DNA from: Micavibrio sp. UBA1664
GTDB lineage: Bacteria > Pseudomonadota > Alphaproteobacteria > Micavibrionales > UBA1664
Assembly: GCA_002320485.1 (NCBI GenBank)
Contig: DCKW01000032.1
Span: 1 to 38,477, forward strand
Direction: 5' to 3'
DNA length: 38,477 bases
Shown here: piece by piece, positions 1-10,009 of the stretch
Position numbering within the stretch: position 1 is the stretch's first letter
Layout: every line of letters begins with the position of its first letter
Program-made: the position numbers and the translations under genes
Notes under the pieces: model-generated
What the model was told of the DNA's origin: nothing
Databases searched by the model: none
What the model saw: only the letters and a program-made list of their open reading frames with translations

Positions 1-866
1 AAAATTTCATATGTTTCTGCGCCCAGCTCCGGATCGGCCAGGGCAAAGGCAATATTCGCCTCGATAAACCCGAGGTGATGGCCGCAATCATATGTTTCGC
101 CCTGCAATTTCACTGATGTAAAGGGTTGCGTTTCCATCAAACGATGCATCGCGTCCGTTAACTGGATTTCACCGCCCGCCCCGATCTGCCTGTCTTCCAA
201 AAGGCCAAAAATTTCCGGCTGAAGAATATAACGTCCCAAGATGTGCAAAGTTGACGGAGCTTTCTCAGGGGCAGGTTTTTCCACCATTGCATGAATAGGA
301 GATACGGTTTTGGTTTCGTCCTCGACATCAAGAATACCGTATTTATATGTCAGTTCGCGCGGCACAGGTGACGAGGCAATGATATTGCCGCCATGGATAT
401 TATAAGCATCGATCATCTGTGCCATACATCCCTTTTCACCTAATGTCATAACGTCAGGCAGGAAAACCGCAAACGGTTCGTCACCAACCAAGTTTTTGGC
501 ACACCAGACAGCATGCCCCAACCCCAACGCCCGTTGTTGCATGGTGATTTGCACCTTGCCCGAAGGAATGTCACTATTGCCCAATTTTGCCACCAAATGT
601 GGTTTGTTCCGCTTTTCAAGCTCTTCATATAATTCGGGCTGAATTTCAAAATGCTGGTTAATCAGGGATTTATTGCGTCCGCTGACAAATATAAATTCCT
701 CTATGCCTGCTTCCTGCGCTTCTTCAACCGCCCGTTGTATCAAAGGACGATCAACCAGCGGCAGCATTTCTTTCGGCAAAACCTTGGTCGCAGGCAGAAA
801 TCTAGTTCCCAATCCGGCAACAGGAAAGACCGCTTTTCTCACTCTTTTTTTCAGATTCGTTGTCAT
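1..866 (-). CDS. galU: UTP--glucose-1-phosphate uridylyltransferase (3' end runs off the window; not in the ORF track)
   Basis: Manual minus-strand translation from ATG at 866 gives MTTNLKKRVRKAVFPVAGLGTRFLPATK, and later GRYILQPEIF, GAGGEIQLTDAM and YDCG, all GalU motifs. Confidence 0.95.
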   Translation of the reverse strand, partial: MTTNLKKRVRKAVFPVAGLGTRFLPATKVLPKEMLPLVDRPLIQRAVEEAQEAGIEEFIFVSGRNKSLINQHFEIQPELYEELEKRNKPHLVAKLGNSDIPSGKVQITMQQRALGLGHAVWCAKNLVGDEPFAVFLPDVMTLGEKGCMAQMIDAYNIHGGNIIASSPVPRELTYKYGILDVEDETKTVSPIHAMVEKPAPEKAPSTLHILGRYILQPEIFGLLEDRQIGAGGEIQLTDAMHRLMETQPFTSVKLQGETYDCGHHLGFIEANIAFALADPELGAETYEI

Positions 867-930
867 GAATGCGACAATGCCTTCGCACTGCAAAAAAATC
901 AAGCTTTTGTTTTGACAGGCGGATTGGAGG

Positions 931-1173
931 CTATTTCTTAAATTGACCCAACGATGAATAAAGCTTCGCCAACAGCGGGATTAACACGGCCGTCAAAATA
1001 GCGGCAATGACGAGGCGGCCTGAAAGGATCAACACAAATATCAGTAATATTGTAAGGCCGATCGCAAGGGACAACAATACCGCCCGCGCCTGTTCACGGC
1101 TTGCCCGTCTCAAAAAGACATAAAGGGCATATCCGCCAATCAGAACACCGAATATTAGTAATATATAAGCCAT
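931..1173 (-). CDS. Small membrane protein (about 3 hydrophobic segments), function unknown
   Basis: 80-aa hydrophobic ORF preceded by AGAGGA RBS; fills the gap between galU and the aminopeptidase. Confidence 0.65.
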   Translation of the reverse strand: MAYILLIFGVLIGGYALYVFLRRASREQARAVLLSLAIGLTILLIFVLILSGRLVIAAILTAVLIPLLAKLYSSLGQFKK

Positions 1174-1220
1174 ATACGTTTCCTCTGGTCAAATGCGTGT
1201 AAAAAGATAATATACTCATT

Positions 1221-2948
1221 ATGCCCGATTATGAAGCCCGCCTTTCCGAATTTCGCCAAGCAATGAAGCATCTGCATTGCGATGCTTTTATCATTCCGCA
1301 AGGGGACATATGGGATAAGGAAAACCCGGAAGCATCGCAAAACAGATTTCTCTATATGTCGGGCCTGGATGCCAGCGCAGGATTTGTTGTTGTCACTCAG
1401 GAACAGGCTGCGGTTCTTATTGATTTTCGCTATAAAGAATTTGCCAAGGATAATATTGATCATTCCGTTTATGAAGTCGGCTATTACACGGACACCCCAC
1501 CCGAGGAATGGCTGATAGAACGGTTAAAAATAAATGCCGTGATCGGATATGACCCGTGGTTACACACGCGCAAAGAAGCCAAAAGAATGCAAAAGGCTTG
1601 TAATGAGGCCGGGGTTATATTGTTATCAGTCGACACCAATCCCGTCGATCAGATATGGCAGGATCGCCCTACTTCTCTTGATTACACGGCCATCCCCCAT
1701 GATATCCGTTTTACCGGATTAAGCGTGGATGATAAGATCAAGCTTGTCGCCGAAGCTATTGAAAAAAATGAAGCGGACAGCATTATAATTACGGCGGCAG
1801 ATTCTATTGCATGGCTTTTGAATATGCGCACCTTGGAAAACAGCCAATCTCCGGGAATTCGCGGTTTTGCCATTTTTCAAAGCGAACACAAAAAACTTAC
1901 TGTTTTTACCGATGTCGACTGTTCTGCTTTTGACTCTTCAGAGGCTAAACATTTCGAGGTGGATTTTTTGTCGCTTGAGGAATTTCCCATGGCGGTTTCA
2001 TATTTTGAACGTGTCGAGCAAGTGGTTCAAATTGCCGACACCGCCCCCGACTGGTTCACCGAACACCTCAATGCGCCTGCAAGCGAAATTATTCGCAAAA
2101 CCGACCCTTGCGAAGCATTAAAAGCATCGAAAAACGAGATCGAACAAAAAGGCATTCGGGAAAGCCATATCCGCGACGGCAAGGCCGTCCAAAAAGTAAT
2201 CGAATGGGTTAAGACTACACGCGATATCACCGAAAAGGATGTTGCGGACAAATTATATGAAGAGCGTCTTAAGTCGAATATGTTCAGGGGGGTGTCCTTT
2301 GACACAATATCCGGATGGAATGCCAACGGAGCCAACATCCACCGCAAATTTACCGAAACAAATAACACTAAAATCCAGGGTAGCGGCTTTTTATTACTGG
2401 ATTCCGGCGCTCAATATGATGACGGTACAACCGATATCACCCGCACAATTCCCGTCGGAACTGTAACCGAGGATATGCGCCATAAATATACGCTTGTTTT
2501 AAAAGGCCATATTGCCCTTGCCACCGCTATTTTTCCGGAGGGCGCAACAGGGGCGCAACTGGATGCCCTCGCCCGTGCGCCCTTATGGATGGCCGGTATT
2601 GATTATGCTCATGGAACAGGCCATGGGGTCGGTTATTTTCTGAATGTCCATGAAGGCCCTTACGGCATATCCCCCCGGTCAACCGACGGAATTAAAGAAG
2701 GTATGTTGCTGTCCAACGAACCGGGATATTATAAGGAAGGCGTATATGGCATTCGTCTTGAAAATCTGATCTTGGTACGCAAGTATAAGGTTCCCGACGA
2801 AACGGGGAACGAAACCGGCAAAAAACTGCTGTGCTTTGAAACAGTGACAAAAGTCCCGTTTGAGGATAGCTGTATTGATCGTGATATGCTTACCGAAGCC
2901 GAAAAAGAGTGGCTTGATGATTATAATGCATCCTGCAAGCTGGCTTAG
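1221..2948 (+). CDS. Aminopeptidase P family protein (peptidase M24)
   Basis: Motifs LLDSGAQYDDGTTDITRT, HGTGHGVG, LNVHEGP, SNEPGYY and GIRLEN; creatinase-like N-terminal domains. Confidence 0.93.
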   Translation: MPDYEARLSEFRQAMKHLHCDAFIIPQGDIWDKENPEASQNRFLYMSGLDASAGFVVVTQEQAAVLIDFRYKEFAKDNIDHSVYEVGYYTDTPPEEWLIERLKINAVIGYDPWLHTRKEAKRMQKACNEAGVILLSVDTNPVDQIWQDRPTSLDYTAIPHDIRFTGLSVDDKIKLVAEAIEKNEADSIIITAADSIAWLLNMRTLENSQSPGIRGFAIFQSEHKKLTVFTDVDCSAFDSSEAKHFEVDFLSLEEFPMAVSYFERVEQVVQIADTAPDWFTEHLNAPASEIIRKTDPCEALKASKNEIEQKGIRESHIRDGKAVQKVIEWVKTTRDITEKDVADKLYEERLKSNMFRGVSFDTISGWNANGANIHRKFTETNNTKIQGSGFLLLDSGAQYDDGTTDITRTIPVGTVTEDMRHKYTLVLKGHIALATAIFPEGATGAQLDALARAPLWMAGIDYAHGTGHGVGYFLNVHEGPYGISPRSTDGIKEGMLLSNEPGYYKEGVYGIRLENLILVRKYKVPDETGNETGKKLLCFETVTKVPFEDSCIDRDMLTEAEKEWLDDYNASCKLA

Positions 2949-2955
2949 AACAAGA

Positions 2956-3462
2956 TTATTCTTTTAACAATCTTTGCTTTTGACGGTTCCAGTCGCGTTG
3001 TTTGACAGCCATGCGTTTATCGTATTCCTTTTTCCCGCGGGCCAGTGCAATTAAAATTTTTGCCAATCCCTTTTTGTCAAAATACAATTTTAACGGAATA
3101 ATGGTCAGGCCGTCCTTTTGCACACCGCCAATCAATTTATTTATCTCACGCTTGTGCAACAGCAATTTTCGCGGACGGGCGGGTTCATGTTGAAAATAGG
3201 CTCCGGCTTGCGAATATTCTTGAATATTGGCATTCAGCAACACTATTTCGCCGCCCTGCTCTTTCACATAAGCCTCATTTATACTCGCCTGACCCAGTCG
3301 TAACGATTTTACCTCTGTTCCGAACAAGGCAATTCCCGCCTCGAATTCCTGAAGCAATTCGTAATCGAATTTGGCGCGTCGATTATGGGCAATCGTCACG
3401 TTTTTTGTCAGGATCTGGCCTTTGGCGGACTTGTTCTTTGTCATAGCAAGCGCATCATGCAT
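2956..3462 (-). CDS. smpB: SsrA-binding protein SmpB (start may be ATG at 3444)
   Basis: NRRAKFDY, EAGIALFGTEVKSLR, RKLLLHKREI, ALARGKKEYDKR. Confidence 0.97.
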   Translation of the reverse strand: MHDALAMTKNKSAKGQILTKNVTIAHNRRAKFDYELLQEFEAGIALFGTEVKSLRLGQASINEAYVKEQGGEIVLLNANIQEYSQAGAYFQHEPARPRKLLLHKREINKLIGGVQKDGLTIIPLKLYFDKKGLAKILIALARGKKEYDKRMAVKQRDWNRQKQRLLKE

Positions 3463-3501
3463 TTTCCTGATAATATGTTCAAGTTAAACCTTTAAATTGC
3501 C

Positions 3502-5394
3502 ATGAAGTGCCACTACATTCAGCATATGCATCTTAGGCTCTTTATTTTTCTTTTCTTTTTTCTGGCGTCATTTCCTGCAATTGCCAATGATTTGAGCGCA
3601 GTCACCGCCGCGGCCAAAAAAAATTACACGGTCTCACCATCCTCCCCTCTCGGACGTGATATCGTTCAATGGTATAGGTTGCGACAGTCTGATAATGTGA
3701 ATTTTGACGAAGCAAAGAATTTTGTTCAAAACCACCCGGAATGGCCAGACCTCTATACAATTCGTAAAAAGGCAGAAGATGCGATAACGCCTTCAGTCTC
3801 TGCCGAAGAGGTTATGAATTGGTTCCAAAACCATACGCCCGCCACCGCAAAGGGTATGGATATCTACCTCTCCACGCTGATCCGTTCGGGTCGTACAGCA
3901 CAGGCTTTAACAACATTGAAAGAATGGTGGCCTAAAGCATTGTTGACCGCAGATGAGCAATCACGCTTTCTTGCAAAATATGGGCAATATCTGGGGTCTC
4001 AGGATAATGAAAAACGTTTGAGACATATCATACATGATCGCCATTATACGGCGTCCCGCGCTCTTGCAAATATTCTTGGTCAAGGCTATCCGCAATTAGT
4101 TGAGGCGAAAATCGCCCTCATTGAAAATAAATCCGATGTTAACCAGCTGGTGGCCGCAGTTCCCGCCAATTTGAAGAATAACGAAGCCTTGATGCTGGCG
4201 CGCATTCAATGGCGCCGTCAAAATAACTATAATGAAGGGGCAATTGAACTCTTAAATCATGCCCCCGCCGCATCGCAAGTATCCGATCCGTCTCTCTGGT
4301 GGAAGGAACGGCATATTATCGCCCGCCGCCTGATGGAAGAAGGCAAATGGGGCAGTGCTTATGAATTGGTGAAAAACCATAAACAAACAGCCGGACTGCC
4401 TTTTGCGCAAGCCGAATTCCTTGCAGGATGGCTGGCATTGCGTAAAATCGGCAAGCCGTGGGAAGGTTTCAAACATTTCGAAAATCTTTTTAATGCTGTC
4501 GAAAGCCCGATCAGCCGTTCCCGCGGTGCGTATTGGGCGGGACTGGCATCGGAAACGCTTGGGCATACAGACATTGCCAATCAATGGTATCAGGTTGCCG
4601 CGAAATACCAGACAACCTATTACGGGCAAATGGCGGCACAGCGCATCAATCTACCTTTCGGATTATTAAAGCCAACTGCCTTTCAAATTACGCCACAGGT
4701 GGAAAGTGCTTTTAAATCCGATCCTCTCATTCGCGCCGTCGGGTTGTTAAAACAGGCCGATCGGGATTACGATGCCCGTCAATTCCTGACCGCTTTTATC
4801 GAAAGCCGCCCGTCAGGCCTTGATTACAAACTTGCCGCCGATTACGCCCATAATCTGGGATACGAGGATGCCGCAGTTCGCATTGCCAAGAAAGCGGAAT
4901 GGGACGGGTATATCATGCCGAATTACCTGTTTCCGGTTATTGAGGGTGCAACAGGTACAAAATTACCGATTCATCCTGCCTTCAGTCACGGTGTAATGCG
5001 ACAGGAAAGCGCCTTTAACCAATATGCCCAAAGCCATGCAGGAGCATTAGGCCTGATGCAACTTATGCCACCGACCGCACAGGAAACAGCGCGTAAAAAC
5101 GGCCTTCCCTATTCACAAGGGCGTCTGACCAGCGACCCCGTTTATAATATGACGCTTGGCTCGCTCTACATGCAGGAAATGCTTAACCGTTTCAGCGGTA
5201 ATCGGACACTTGCCATTGCCGCCTATAACGCCGGCCCGGGACGTGTTTCACAATGGTTAAAAGAAATCGGCGATCCCCGAACCCCCGGTGTTGACGAGGT
5301 TGACTGGATTGAGACTATACCGGTTTACGAGACCAGAAATTACGTACAACGCGTGACAGAGGCCGTGAATGTTTATGCAGGTATGCTGGACTAA
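3502..5394 (+). CDS. Soluble lytic murein transglycosylase (Slt70-like)
   Basis: Signal peptide, helical N-region and C-terminal SLT motifs RQESAF, GALGLMQLMP, AAYNAGPG, ETRNYVQRV. Confidence 0.92.
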   Translation: MKCHYIQHMHLRLFIFLFFFLASFPAIANDLSAVTAAAKKNYTVSPSSPLGRDIVQWYRLRQSDNVNFDEAKNFVQNHPEWPDLYTIRKKAEDAITPSVSAEEVMNWFQNHTPATAKGMDIYLSTLIRSGRTAQALTTLKEWWPKALLTADEQSRFLAKYGQYLGSQDNEKRLRHIIHDRHYTASRALANILGQGYPQLVEAKIALIENKSDVNQLVAAVPANLKNNEALMLARIQWRRQNNYNEGAIELLNHAPAASQVSDPSLWWKERHIIARRLMEEGKWGSAYELVKNHKQTAGLPFAQAEFLAGWLALRKIGKPWEGFKHFENLFNAVESPISRSRGAYWAGLASETLGHTDIANQWYQVAAKYQTTYYGQMAAQRINLPFGLLKPTAFQITPQVESAFKSDPLIRAVGLLKQADRDYDARQFLTAFIESRPSGLDYKLAADYAHNLGYEDAAVRIAKKAEWDGYIMPNYLFPVIEGATGTKLPIHPAFSHGVMRQESAFNQYAQSHAGALGLMQLMPPTAQETARKNGLPYSQGRLTSDPVYNMTLGSLYMQEMLNRFSGNRTLAIAAYNAGPGRVSQWLKEIGDPRTPGVDEVDWIETIPVYETRNYVQRVTEAVNVYAGMLD

Positions 5395-5495
5395 TCAATC
5401 TGCCGCATACATACATAGATAGGTAATAACAAAATCAATACACATCTTTTGGTTGCATGCTATCCTGTTTTTGCAAGAAAGGTGTATCCGCCCCT

Positions 5496-6221
5496 ATGAG
5501 ACTTTTACTGGCTGACGATCATGTATTATTTACCGAGGCTTTAATCGCTTTTATTCAGGCAAAGTGTCCGACGTGGCGTGTTATTGCCGCGTCCAGTTTG
5601 GGAAATGCACTCGATACCCTTGCCAACGATCCATTAGGATTTGATCTGGTCATGCTTGATATACGTATGCCGGGAATGAATGGTCTCAATGGCTTAAGAA
5701 AATTATTATCCCTCTATCCGGATCAATCCACAGCAATCATTTCCGGTAGTGTTGAAGAACACCAAATCCGTAAAGCCTTGAATATCGGCGCAAGGGCTTA
5801 TTTCCCAAAAACGCTTTCCGGACAAACATTGACCAAGGCTATTGATCTGGTTGTCAGTTCCGGCCACCGGTTTGTTCCGACCGATGGTACGGGCTTGGGC
5901 ATTATGCCTTCCTATTATGATGACTCTCACCCTACTCCGCTTAAAAATCATTCTGAAAAAAATGTCAAAAAACCCTTATCAAAAACCGGGCCGTTAACAC
6001 ACTTAACCAATCGCGAAAAAGACGTGTTGGACCATTTATCACATGGTTTATCGAATAAGGATATTGCAGACAAACTTGGTATGAAACCGACAACTGTTAA
6101 AATCCATGTCAGCAGAATTTGTAAAAAACTGAACGCTGAAAACAGGACGCAGGCCGCGATTATTGCACATCAATATGATCTTGCCGCCTCTTCCACCCAG
6201 ATTGAAAAATCGACATCTTAA
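5496..6221 (+). CDS. NarL/LuxR-family response regulator (REC + HTH)
   Basis: MRLLLADDH, LDIRMPGMNG, conserved FPK lysine; C-terminal LTNREKDVL...GLSNKDIA...TVKIHV. Start taken at ATG 5496. Confidence 0.92.
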   Translation: MRLLLADDHVLFTEALIAFIQAKCPTWRVIAASSLGNALDTLANDPLGFDLVMLDIRMPGMNGLNGLRKLLSLYPDQSTAIISGSVEEHQIRKALNIGARAYFPKTLSGQTLTKAIDLVVSSGHRFVPTDGTGLGIMPSYYDDSHPTPLKNHSEKNVKKPLSKTGPLTHLTNREKDVLDHLSHGLSNKDIADKLGMKPTTVKIHVSRICKKLNAENRTQAAIIAHQYDLAASSTQIEKSTS

Positions 6222-6253
6222 ATTAAATTATAAATCGTCTATACTGAATAGAT

Positions 6254-6736
6254 ATGGACACAAAATTTTTTCGTAAAGATGCAGAAGAAGACAGCTTCAA
6301 TATCCGTATTGATTACCACGGGACATGGTATCATGACGGGCGCCCCATCGAAAGGACACGGCTGGCAAAATTGTTTTCTAGCGTTTTACATTATGATCCC
6401 GAAAAAGATGAATATTGGTTAATAACCCCGCATGAACAAGGACGGATTGATGTAGAAGATGCCCCTTACATCATAACAGAATTTAACTATGATGATGACA
6501 AATTGGTTTTTACAACCAACCTCGGGCATACCGTCATACCATCGCCGGATCATGCCATAATTCTTAAAAATAACATTCCCTATTGTATTACAACAAACAA
6601 TGTCCCTGCCCGTATTAACCGGCAAATCCGTGAAGATTTAATAAATATTGCTCTGGCACAAAACGGTTTTAACGAGGAGTCGGGACAACTGTTATTAAGG
6701 GCAAACGGACACGACCATGTTATCGCCAGCAGCTAA
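6254..6736 (+). CDS. DUF1285 family protein
   Basis: IRIDYHGTWYHDGRPIER..LAKLFSSVL, YWLITPHE...IDVEDAPY. Confidence 0.85.
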   Translation: MDTKFFRKDAEEDSFNIRIDYHGTWYHDGRPIERTRLAKLFSSVLHYDPEKDEYWLITPHEQGRIDVEDAPYIITEFNYDDDKLVFTTNLGHTVIPSPDHAIILKNNIPYCITTNNVPARINRQIREDLINIALAQNGFNEESGQLLLRANGHDHVIASS

Positions 6737-7886
6737 GATAAAACTCCCGCAATGGATGCTCGATCCTGATCTGGTTTTTTTGATGGATACGCTTAATCAC
6801 GATAATATAAACGCACGTATGGTCGGCGGATGCATTCGAAACCTTTACTTTGAAAAAAATGTTTATGATATTGATATTGCATGCTCATTTACCCCTAATG
6901 AAACAATAGATATCTGCAAGACGGCGGGGATTAAAACTATACCGACGGGAATTGACCACGGCACAGTCACCGCGCTTGTGAATCAACGTAAGTTTGAAAT
7001 TACAACATTAAGACAAGACGTTTCAACGGACGGACGACATGCACACGTTACCTTTACCGATAACTGGACGCAGGATGCAAAACGACGCGATTTTACCATC
7101 AACGCCCTTTATGCCGATAGGGATGGGAGTATTTACGATCCTTTGGGCACAGGACTGTACGATTTGCAAAACCATATTGTACGATTTATCGGCAATGCCG
7201 AAGACCGCATCAATGAAGACTACTTAAGAATATTACGATTTTTCAGATTTTATGCCGATTATCACGACAACTTGCCCGATCAAAACGCTTTAAACGCTTG
7301 TTATGCACTTGAGCATGGTCTTTTAAAACTATCGGATGTGCGCATATTTGATGAATTATTTAAACTACTCGAAAGCACACACGTCCATCGCGCAATACAA
7401 TTAATGGAAAAGCTCTCAACTCTTGAAATAATTGAAGGCAGCGCGCCTCAACTTAAGGAGCTGACGACCTTACAAAATATTTTGCAAAAACCAAGCATAA
7501 TTGCGCGATATTACATTTCATTTAAAAACAAAAAATTTATAAAAAACAAAAAGATAATTAAAACTATAAATTTATTAGATGAATTTATAAAATCTGATAA
7601 TTATCATGATATCAATGCGGCATTATATCATTATGATCGTGATATTGTTATTCAGGGTCTTCTCATTTTAAAAGCAAAAGGCAACACTATTTCAGATGTA
7701 ATGATCGCCAATGCCATCAACAAAAAAATTCCGCAATTCCCATTAACAGCCACAGATATTATGACGGAATTTAAGGTGCCGGAAGGGCCGCAAGTTGGAC
7801 AATATTTACGTATGGCCGAAGATATATGGATTGCATCGGGATTCACTCTTCACAGAAATGAGATTTTGGATCGTTTAAAATCCTAA
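6717..7886 (+). CDS. cca: CCA tRNA nucleotidyltransferase (class II / poly(A) polymerase family)
   Basis: VGGCIRN...[39 protein letters not shown]. Confidence 0.88.
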   Translation: MLSPAAKIKLPQWMLDPDLVFLMDTLNHDNINARMVGGCIRNLYFEKNVYDIDIACSFTPNETIDICKTAGIKTIPTGIDHGTVTALVNQRKFEITTLRQDVSTDGRHAHVTFTDNWTQDAKRRDFTINALYADRDGSIYDPLGTGLYDLQNHIVRFIGNAEDRINEDYLRILRFFRFYADYHDNLPDQNALNACYALEHGLLKLSDVRIFDELFKLLESTHVHRAIQLMEKLSTLEIIEGSAPQLKELTTLQNILQKPSIIARYYISFKNKKFIKNKKIIKTINLLDEFIKSDNYHDINAALYHYDRDIVIQGLLILKAKGNTISDVMIANAINKKIPQFPLTATDIMTEFKVPEGPQVGQYLRMAEDIWIASGFTLHRNEILDRLKS

Positions 7887-8785
7887 TCCCATTTGGCCAC
7901 AGGCGGCAATGACATTAAAATAGCCTCGACATTACCCCCTGTTTGCAGCCCGAACACCGTTCCGCGGTCATACACCAGATTAAATTCAACGTACCGTCCG
8001 CGTTTCAGCAATTGTGCCTCGCGATCTTCCTCCGTCCATTGACGATTCATCGATTTACGAACCAATGCACAGTAGGTATCGCGGAATGTTTCGCCCACAT
8101 CCTTCGTAAAGGCAAAGTCGGCCTCCCAGCTTCCGCTATCCAGATAATCATAAAAAATTCCGCCTATGCCCCGCGATTCATTACGATGCTTGATAAAGAA
8201 ATATTCATCGGCCCAGTCTTTATATTTCGGATAATATTCCGGATCATGACGATCGCAACAGGCCTTAAAACCATCGTGAAAAAATCCGGTATCTTCATCA
8301 CATTCAAAAATAGGATTAAGGTCACCGCCGCCGCCAAACCATTCCTTGGATGTTACAATCATTCTTGTATTCATATGCGCGGGCGGAACATGCGGATTGC
8401 GGTGGTGCGCCACAAGCGACAATCCCGAAGCCCAGAAATGACCGTCATTATCGGACGCCCCGGGTATTTTTTCGGCAAAGTCTTTTGAAAAACGTCCGTG
8501 AACGGTTGATATATTGACGCCGACTTTTTCAAACACGCGCCCTTTCATAACCGACATTTCACCGCCGCCGCCGTCACTCCCGTCTTCTGTGGTTCGGCTC
8601 CATTGTTTTTTTTGAAAGGTTCCTGCAGGCATGGATGCACATTCGTGAGCCGTCACCTCATTTTCAATGGCTTCGAATTCAGCACAAATGGAATCGCGCA
8701 AATTACGAAACCATTGCGCGGCGATTGATTTTTTATCATCCAGATCCAAAGCGGCGGTTACATCCTTTTGTTTCATGGCATACAT
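7883..8785 (-). CDS. hemF: Oxygen-dependent coproporphyrinogen III oxidase
   Basis: [60 protein letters not shown]. Confidence 0.96.
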   Translation of the reverse strand: MYAMKQKDVTAALDLDDKKSIAAQWFRNLRDSICAEFEAIENEVTAHECASMPAGTFQKKQWSRTTEDGSDGGGGEMSVMKGRVFEKVGVNISTVHGRFSKDFAEKIPGASDNDGHFWASGLSLVAHHRNPHVPPAHMNTRMIVTSKEWFGGGGDLNPIFECDEDTGFFHDGFKACCDRHDPEYYPKYKDWADEYFFIKHRNESRGIGGIFYDYLDSGSWEADFAFTKDVGETFRDTYCALVRKSMNRQWTEEDREAQLLKRGRYVEFNLVYDRGTVFGLQTGGNVEAILMSLPPVAKWD

Positions 8786-8873
8786 ATACTATTCCCTTTC
8801 ACATGCTTGCCTTTATATCTTTATCCCTTAACAGATTGCGCACAATTCCCCAAAACAAAAATATATGCTATTT

Positions 8874-9335
8874 TTACGAAGCGCCCATTTTCACTTGCCG
8901 CAATACTTCGCCAACTATCATAGAGGATGCGTTAATCACATTCATAGAACGGGCAGCCCCATGCATGGGGATTAAAACGCCCGCATCCACGGTCTGATGA
9001 ACCGCATCCGGCACACCGGCACTTTCCCGCCCTGCCATAAGCGTATCGCCATCACGATATTGAAAATCGGTATAATCCACTGCCGCCTTTGTCGTCATAA
9101 GAATAATACGCCCCTGATGGGCGGCACGGAATTTTTCCCATGATGCAAATCTTTCAAAGTCCACTTGATCGATATAGTCCATTCCCGAACGGCGAAACTC
9201 GCGCTCCTTCCAGGCAAAGCCGAATGGTTCGATTAAATTAAGCTTTACCCCCAGACAGGCGCATAACCGCATTGCCGCGCCCACATTTTGCGGAATGTCC
9301 GGCTGATAAAGCGTTAAAGAAATCTTTTTCTGCAT
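8874..9335 (-). CDS. trmL: tRNA (cytidine(34)-2'-O)-methyltransferase, SpoU family
   Basis: YQPDIPQNVG, LIEPFGF, RRSGMDY, GRESAGVP, IPM...RSMNV. Confidence 0.9.
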   Translation of the reverse strand: MQKKISLTLYQPDIPQNVGAAMRLCACLGVKLNLIEPFGFAWKEREFRRSGMDYIDQVDFERFASWEKFRAAHQGRIILMTTKAAVDYTDFQYRDGDTLMAGRESAGVPDAVHQTVDAGVLIPMHGAARSMNVINASSMIVGEVLRQVKMGAS

Positions 9336-9446
9336 AATTTGGTGTATATTCTAATTTGATGCAGTTTACAAATGGATTGAAAAAATTAATAATGTCTGGT
9401 CTTAATAGACACCAGAATTATGACTGTATTACTTTAAAGAAAAAAA

Positions 9447-9992
9447 ATGGCAGACGAAACCAAACCATCGAAACAACAATCAAAACGTGACTTCCTTTAT
9501 CTGACAGCCGCCGCAACAGGCGCAATCGGTGCCGCATCGCTTGGCTGGGCCTTTATTGATACCTTAAATCCGGCGGCGGATACATTGGCCCTGTCATCGA
9601 CAGAGGTTAATCTCACCCCTATTGAAGAAGGTCAAGCCATCACCGTTATGTGGCGCGGAAAACCTGTCTTTGTCAGACGTCGTACGGCGCAGGAAATTGA
9701 AAAAGCGGAAAATGTCGATATGTCATTATTGCGTGATCCGGCAACAGACGATACCCGTACACAGGAAGGCCATCGCGAGTGGTTGATCGTGGTTGGAATT
9801 TGCACCCACTTGGGTTGTGTTCCGCTAGGCCAAAAGCCTTCGGAAGTTCGTGGCGACTATGACGGTTGGTTTTGTCCTTGTCACGGCTCCCACTATGATA
9901 CATCCGGACGCATCCGCAAGGGCCCTGCCCCGAAAAACCTTCTTGTTCCCGAATATACGTTCGTGAGCGACAGCCTTGTAAGAATTGGATAA
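9447..9992 (+). CDS. petA: Ubiquinol-cytochrome c reductase Rieske iron-sulfur subunit
   Basis: Tat-like SKRDFL anchor; CTHLGC and CPCHGS [2Fe-2S] boxes; GPAP. Confidence 0.97.
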   Translation: MADETKPSKQQSKRDFLYLTAAATGAIGAASLGWAFIDTLNPAADTLALSSTEVNLTPIEEGQAITVMWRGKPVFVRRRTAQEIEKAENVDMSLLRDPATDDTRTQEGHREWLIVVGICTHLGCVPLGQKPSEVRGDYDGWFCPCHGSHYDTSGRIRKGPAPKNLLVPEYTFVSDSLVRIG

Positions 9993-10009
9993 ATTAAAGA
10001 GTAATAATA

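Noticed and set aside
5408-5425. Imperfect palindrome TACATACATAGATAGGTA upstream of the response regulator
   Set aside because: Low-complexity, only 6 of 9 positions pair, and does not fit NarL 7-2-7 spacing
9356-9369. FNR-like half site TTGAT upstream of petA
   Set aside because: Second half (ATCAA) is absent
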